This document shows, piece by piece, positions 59,744 through 64,000 of a stretch of DNA of 64,000 bases. Below the pieces are notes generated by a model. The model saw nothing but the letters and a program-made list of their open reading frames with translations, searched no databases and was not told where the DNA came from. Position numbers and translations under genes: made by a program. The stretch is from a virus (Duplodnaviria; Caudoviricetes), in IMG/VR virus record IMGVR_UViG_3300020151_001495, positions 1-64,000 of that record; one strand, written 5' to 3'. How positions within the stretch are numbered: the first letter of the stretch is position 1; each line of letters begins with the position of its first letter.

Positions 59744-59904
59744 TAGAAACGTTTAAACTTCCACTTTAATTTTATATATTGAAGTTGAAGATAAACAAAA
59801 AAGTGATTTACTTTAATAGCAATCCAGTCTAATACGTTTGAATCTGTTATACAAACGTATGAAAATACGGAAAGTAGTAAAATAAAATAAAAGTAATAAT
59901 CCAT
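59743..59904 (-). CDS. small membrane protein (MDYYFYFILL..., 53 aa)
   Basis: Manual translation; TAATG coupling to the upstream ORF. Confidence 0.55.
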   Translation of the reverse strand: MDYYFYFILLLSVFSYVCITDSNVLDWIAIKVNHFFVYLQLQYIKLKWKFKRF

Positions 59905-60074
59905 TATTCCACAATATCGTTGAAATAACCTTCTTCGATTGCGTCGGATAATACTTGAGTTATCAATTGTTCTACTGTAACTCCTCTAGCTTCTGCTAGA
60001 GCATGAGCAATTTTAGCAGTCTCATCATCTAGTTCAATTTCAAGTTCTTCAGTTTTTTCAGAATTAGTTGTCAT
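59904..60074 (-). CDS. small ribbon-helix-helix-like protein (56 aa)
   Basis: LEIELDDET...AHALAEARGVTVEQLI..VL pattern. Confidence 0.55.
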   Translation of the reverse strand: MTTNSEKTEELEIELDDETAKIAHALAEARGVTVEQLITQVLSDAIEEGYFNDIVE

Positions 60075-60095
60075 AAAAAATTAATTTATAAACAA

Positions 60096-60182
60096 TGGAA
60101 AGAGAGGGATTCGAACCCTCGATAGAGTTGCCCCTATACAGACTTTCCAGGTCTGCTCCTTAAACCACTCGGACATCTTTCC
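60096..60182 (-). tRNA. trnS-GGA: tRNA-Ser(GGA)
   Basis: GGAAAGA/TCTTTCC acceptor stem, CAGAC-CTGGAAA-GTCTG, long variable arm, GGTTCGAATCC. Confidence 0.95.
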
Positions 60183-60373
60183 TAGAAAGGAGAATCTTCG
60201 TATCCAGGAGGATACTCATTCTCCGAATCGTAACATGGATTTATGCATGGAGCATCTACTTTACGATATTGGCAAACTCGTTGGGCAAGAAATTCTAAAG
60301 TTCCTGGCTTTCCATGAGAAAACTTTGCCATACCATCTTCAATACATACCTCACATGCAGGACATTTTTCCAT
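60182..60373 (-). CDS. Cys-rich hypothetical protein
   Basis: CP.C..C..RVC..CINP. Confidence 0.7.
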   Translation of the reverse strand: MEKCPACEVCIEDGMAKFSHGKPGTLEFLAQRVCQYRKVDAPCINPCYDSENEYPPGYEDSPF

Positions 60374-60544
60374 GTTACTTCTGGTATAGAATGATATTAT
60401 TTAGTCTCATTCTGATACTTTCGTTTTAATTCATTGACAATGATTAATGATTTTTTTAATCCTAATGCATAATCATTATGTCCATATTTTATAGAAATTT
60501 GAACACTGTGTTGAACTCTTTCTACAAATTCTTTATAAAAATTT

Positions 60545-60775
60545 TCATTCATTTTGAATTGATCTTGCGTCTAGTTGTCGAATTTTATAAAGAGGACTCC
60601 TCATGTATTTTTTAATTCGTTTGAGTTCTTTGTGTAGTTGTTTTAAATTTTCTAGATCTTGTCTAATCTCAGCAGGAGATTTAATTTTATCCTCATTTAA
60701 ACTAAGTTCTGGAGTAAGAACAGTTTCCTCATCTAAAACTTCAGTAGATTCTACATCAATAATTTGTTCTTCCAT
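60545..60775 (-). CDS. hypothetical protein
   Basis: 76-aa ORF downstream of a promoter. Confidence 0.65.
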   Translation of the reverse strand: MEEQIIDVESTEVLDEETVLTPELSLNEDKIKSPAEIRQDLENLKQLHKELKRIKKYMRSPLYKIRQLDARSIQNE

Positions 60776-60799
60776 ATACTATGAATTAATGTAAACTAT

Positions 60800-60828
60800 A
60801 TAGTAGCACATAATCATTCGGTTGTCAA
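60800..60828 (-). promoter_or_regulatory. sigma70-type promoter
   Basis: TTGACA-17-TACTAT with TG extension. Confidence 0.65.
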
Positions 60829-61232
60829 GTCAAGTACCGAATATCATCAATAAATCCTGCATCCAGTGCATTTTGTAACATCAAATCGGAAGAACTTCCT
60901 GGCTTTGGTTGTGCAGAAAAATAGATTACAAAATAAGCATCTGGATTCATAGATTTCAATAAAGCCCCATTTGCGATAGCTTTTTTAACACTGTCGGTAC
61001 GTTGGGCTCCTGGTCGTTTTTTATCGCCAGAAAGTCCACCTTTTACTTCGATGTATTCAGTGATTAGACCATCCGTTGCTACGAAGTCAACGTCAATACC
61101 AATAGAGTCAAATTTAAAATTTTTATGTAGAATTGATTTTCTAGAATCACGTAGATGTTCCTCTACTAGATTCTCAAATTGAATTCCAGTTTTTCTACTT
61201 TCTGATTGAAAATTAATTTGCATTGTATTCAT
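60825..61232 (-). CDS. PD-(D/E)XK endonuclease
   Basis: G..FE..V, I.VDF, EYIEVKG, RTD..KKAI. Confidence 0.75.
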   Translation of the reverse strand: MNTMQINFQSESRKTGIQFENLVEEHLRDSRKSILHKNFKFDSIGIDVDFVATDGLITEYIEVKGGLSGDKKRPGAQRTDSVKKAIANGALLKSMNPDAYFVIYFSAQPKPGSSSDLMLQNALDAGFIDDIRYLT

Positions 61233-61242
61233 TCATAGATAA

Positions 61243-61273
61243 TAAAAAACCACCTACTTATTATAGGTGGTTT
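61243..61273 (-). terminator. psbA terminator
   Basis: AAACCACCTA-TAATAAG-TAGGTGGTTT followed by TTT. Confidence 0.8.
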
Positions 61274-61288
61274 GAAGGGATTTGTCAA
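61260..61288 (-). promoter_or_regulatory. perfect sigma70 promoter overlapping the psbA terminator
   Basis: TTGACA(61288-61283)-17-TATAAT(61265-61260). Confidence 0.8.
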
Positions 61289-61293
61289 GTACC

Positions 61294-62373
61294 TCAGCCG
61301 ATGGCTGGTGCTTTGAGAGCAACAGGAGTTGCTTCAGCAGTAGCAAGGTCCAGAGGGAAGTTGTGAGCGTTGCGCTCGTGCATCACTTCAAAACCGAGGT
61401 TAGCACGGTTGAGGATGTCTGCCCAGGTGTTGACCACACGACCACTGCTATCGAGCAGGGACTGGTTAAAGTTAAAGCCGTTGAGGTTGAATGCCATGGT
61501 GCTAACACCAAGTGCAGCAAACCAAATGCCAACTACAGGCCAAGCAGCAAGGAAGAAGTGTAGTGAACGTGAGTTATTAAAGGAAGCATATTGGAAGATA
61601 AGGCGACCAAAATAACCGTGTGCAGCTACGATGTTGTATGTTTCTTCTTCTTGTCCAAACTTGTATCCATAGTTTTGGGATTCGTTTTCAGTAGTCTCAC
61701 GAACGAGTGAAGACGTAACCAGACTTCCGTGCATAGCACTAAAGAGGCTGCCACCAAATACCCCAGCCACACCGAGCATATGGAAAGGATGCATGAGAAT
61801 GTTGTGTTCTGCTTGGAAGACGAGCATGTAGTTGAACGTGCCTGAGATTCCGAGAGGCATTGCATCACTGAAGGAACCTTGACCGAAAGGATAAACAAGG
61901 AACACTGCAGAAGCAGCGGCAACAGGAGCACTATAAGCAACGCAGATCCAAGGACGCATACCCAGACGGTAGGAGAGTTCCCACTCACGACCCATGTAAG
62001 CATAGATACCAATTAGAAAATGGAATACGACCAATTGGAATGGTCCACCATTATATAGCCACTCATCAAGTGAGTTTGCTTCCCAGATGGGATAAAAGTG
62101 AAGTCCAATAGCATTGGAACTAGGGACAACAGCACCAGAGATGATGTTGTTTCCATACATAAGTGAACCAGCTACAGGTTCACGAATCCCGTCGATATCA
62201 ACTGGGGGTGCAGCTACGAAAGCAACAATGAAACAGATAGTAGCAGCGAGAAGGGTAGGAATCATTAGAGTTCCAAACCAACCGACATAAAGACGGTTAT
62301 CGGTAGAAGTTACCCACTCACAGAATTGTTCCCAAGTGTTACTCCCACGCTGTTGAGCGATGGATGCGGTCAT
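61294..62373 (-). CDS. psbA: photosystem II reaction centre D1
   Basis: Full-length D1 ([30 protein letters not shown]); start MTASIAQQ; no intron. Confidence 0.99.
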   Translation of the reverse strand: MTASIAQQRGSNTWEQFCEWVTSTDNRLYVGWFGTLMIPTLLAATICFIVAFVAAPPVDIDGIREPVAGSLMYGNNIISGAVVPSSNAIGLHFYPIWEANSLDEWLYNGGPFQLVVFHFLIGIYAYMGREWELSYRLGMRPWICVAYSAPVAAASAVFLVYPFGQGSFSDAMPLGISGTFNYMLVFQAEHNILMHPFHMLGVAGVFGGSLFSAMHGSLVTSSLVRETTENESQNYGYKFGQEEETYNIVAAHGYFGRLIFQYASFNNSRSLHFFLAAWPVVGIWFAALGVSTMAFNLNGFNFNQSLLDSSGRVVNTWADILNRANLGFEVMHERNAHNFPLDLATAEATPVALKAPAIG

Positions 62374-62436
62374 AGTTTTAAAAGAACGTAAAGGTTTATG
62401 CATGTTTATTAAGAAATGTTTCATTCCTTAATAACC

Positions 62437-62470
62437 TATTTATGGTAACACAAGATACGAAGTCTGTCAA
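62437..62470 (-). promoter_or_regulatory. composite early/late psbA promoter
   Basis: TTGACA-17-TACCAT with an overlapping CATAAATA late box. Confidence 0.7.
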
Positions 62471-62510
62471 GGGGGGTTTGCCTAAATATAATTGAGTTGA
62501 AAAATTGTGC

Positions 62511-62675
62511 ATGTATAGGTTTAACTCAGACGACATAAATTATTTAATTTTAGCATGTAATGCTTATCAAGAAAAAACTGGTTCTGATGAAATGTGGGAT
62601 GTTTTTAGTGATATGAAAGAAAAATTATATATCTACATGGAGCAGAATCTATATGGACGAGAGAAGGACATTTAA
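62511..62675 (+). CDS. small hypothetical protein (MYRFNSDD..., 54 aa)
   Basis: Manual translation. Confidence 0.55.
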   Translation: MYRFNSDDINYLILACNAYQEKTGSDEMWDVFSDMKEKLYIYMEQNLYGREKDI

Positions 62676-62847
62676 TACTCCTATCAGAGAACCTTGGAAT
62701 GCTCCGATCCATCAGATATTAAAAGCTATAGATAATCATACAAGAGAATATCTAAAGACTGAAGATCCTTGGCATGAAGAAAAGGCTAATATGTTGAGAG
62801 CATATTTGCACGAATTAAAAACTTGGATTCATAAAAATGAAACTTAA
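62653..62847 (+). CDS. conserved cyanophage hypothetical protein
   Basis: NTP.REPWN..I...LKAID.H...W..E.A..LR.Y..ELK.WI. Confidence 0.75.
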   Translation: MDERRTFNTPIREPWNAPIHQILKAIDNHTREYLKTEDPWHEEKANMLRAYLHELKTWIHKNET

Positions 62848-63121
62848 ATTTCCAACACTAGATAATATAGTTCCTGTTATGGTTGCATTTGTAGCAACAG
62901 CAATTGTTGGAATGACATTTACCAACTATGTCATTTGTAATTTTAAAGTAATGACTAGTTTACATTATTTGTATCTCGTAAAAGCATTTGATAAAAGTGG
63001 AGCCAAGCCACCAAGTAAATGTGACGACAATACATCAGAATCTATTCAAACACTGATGTCTTTATTAGCAACTATCATTGCACTCAAAGCAGATTTAAAG
63101 AATAAAAAAGAAAATGAATGA
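62837..63121 (+). CDS. two-TM membrane protein (holin-like candidate)
   Basis: Two hydrophobic segments and a charged C-terminus. Confidence 0.6.
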   Translation: MKLKFPTLDNIVPVMVAFVATAIVGMTFTNYVICNFKVMTSLHYLYLVKAFDKSGAKPPSKCDDNTSESIQTLMSLLATIIALKADLKNKKENE

Positions 63122-63239
63122 ATTTCCATGGGGAGTCGCAATAGGACTCGGAATAGTTTTAGTAGGAACTTTAGCTTGTATAATTTACATAATAATGTTA
63201 GACTACCTAGAAAGTAAAGATGAAAACCCTAAGCATTGA
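63114..63239 (+). CDS. small single-TM protein (MNEFPWGVAIG...)
   Basis: Manual translation, 41 aa. Confidence 0.5.
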   Translation: MNEFPWGVAIGLGIVLVGTLACIIYIIMLDYLESKDENPKH

Positions 63240-63366
63240 ATTATTAATTATAATAAGATTAATAACTAATGATGGAATATTTTTAGAAAATAGAAGACCT
63301 CTGCCGAAAAGACAATCGACAGAGGTTTCTCGTTTTATAAAAAGACCCGCAAAAAAAGGAAGGAAA

Positions 63367-63999
63367 TTATTTTATCTTATATAATCCAGAATCCCACAAT
63401 GCACCCTCCGCTCTACGTCTTCTAGCAAGTCCTTTCTCTACACTGGATCCTGGATTACGATATCGATAAAGTGCCTCAGGAATCATATGCCAAGACTTTT
63501 CCTTTAGTGTTTTTGTTATGGTAGCAAATCTATCTGAACCATAAAAATTAGCCCCAAGATTATATGCAAATGAAAGTAATGCTCCACGCATCTCATCATT
63601 CATTTCATTCCAGTATGGAATCTTAGTGAGTGGTGGCATAAACTGATTTCTCAATTGATACTCAAGCAATTCATCTGCTTGTTGTTGAGTAATTTTATCT
63701 GTAATTTTGAATGGTTTACCATTTAAATCTTTTGTACTTCCCCATCCGATTGTAATAGGAAGTCCACCAGTAAGAGAATCATAATATCCACTTAAATGAC
63801 ATCCTTCAAACTCTTTAATCAATTTAATTCCAACCTGAGGAACTACACTGGAATCTACAGATTTATATTCATTTCTAAATTTTTTAGCAAATTCTTCTAA
63901 TACTTTAGGTGAAGTATTTTGCTGGAGATATTCCCATGCATCCATTTGATGCATATATCCTTCAGTGTGTTTCGCAGCATCAGTTAATTTTATAGACAT
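63367..63999 (-). CDS. GH24 lysozyme (endolysin)
   Basis: LIKEFEG..L..Y.D....TIGWG, AL.SFAYNLG, GL.RRR.AE..LW. Confidence 0.9.
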   Translation of the reverse strand: MSIKLTDAAKHTEGYMHQMDAWEYLQQNTSPKVLEEFAKKFRNEYKSVDSSVVPQVGIKLIKEFEGCHLSGYYDSLTGGLPITIGWGSTKDLNGKPFKITDKITQQQADELLEYQLRNQFMPPLTKIPYWNEMNDEMRGALLSFAYNLGANFYGSDRFATITKTLKEKSWHMIPEALYRYRNPGSSVEKGLARRRRAEGALWDSGLYKIK

Positions 64000-64000
64000 A

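Noticed and set aside
61282-62012. Alternative-frame and antisense ORFs within psbA
   Set aside because: Expected by-products of psbA codon bias; no independent signals.
61294-62373. Group I intron in psbA
   Set aside because: The D1 frame is continuous and of normal length.

Overview
This window is a 64 kb piece of an AT-rich T4-like cyanomyovirus (Kyanoviridae-like) genome, coded almost entirely on the minus strand. In order it holds: a cluster of small early hypothetical genes (1-3.1 kb); a ~33 kb fibre/appendage block (three paralogous spike-fibre genes, a peptidase-G2 chaperone fibre, a G8-like protein, a 1993-aa tail fibre and a 5126-aa structural protein); speD and tRNA-Leu; a baseplate/hub module (gp5, CP12, gp27-like, two tape-measure-like proteins with peptidoglycan hydrolase domains, gp51/gp26, gp54-like, gp2, gp4, gp48, gp53); a replication/nucleotide module (gp32, gp59, gp33, exonuclease, phoH, denV-like, thyX, rnh, nrdC); tRNA-Tyr and tRNA-Ser; a PD-(D/E)XK nuclease; intronless psbA; and a GH24 lysozyme. 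The most striking signal is a startless gp51-like frame joined to the end of gp26 by a T_TTT_TTC slippery site, just upstream of the tape-measure-like genes. This looks like a lambda G/GT- or P2 E/E'-type -1 programmed frameshift in a T4-like phage. Other oddities: a perfect sigma70 promoter firing antisense into the late fibre block, promoters embedded in terminators, two tRNAs whose +1 G is the last base of an upstream UAG stop, and a gp32 leader resembling an autoregulatory operator. All calls are from motif recognition and synteny; no searches were run.
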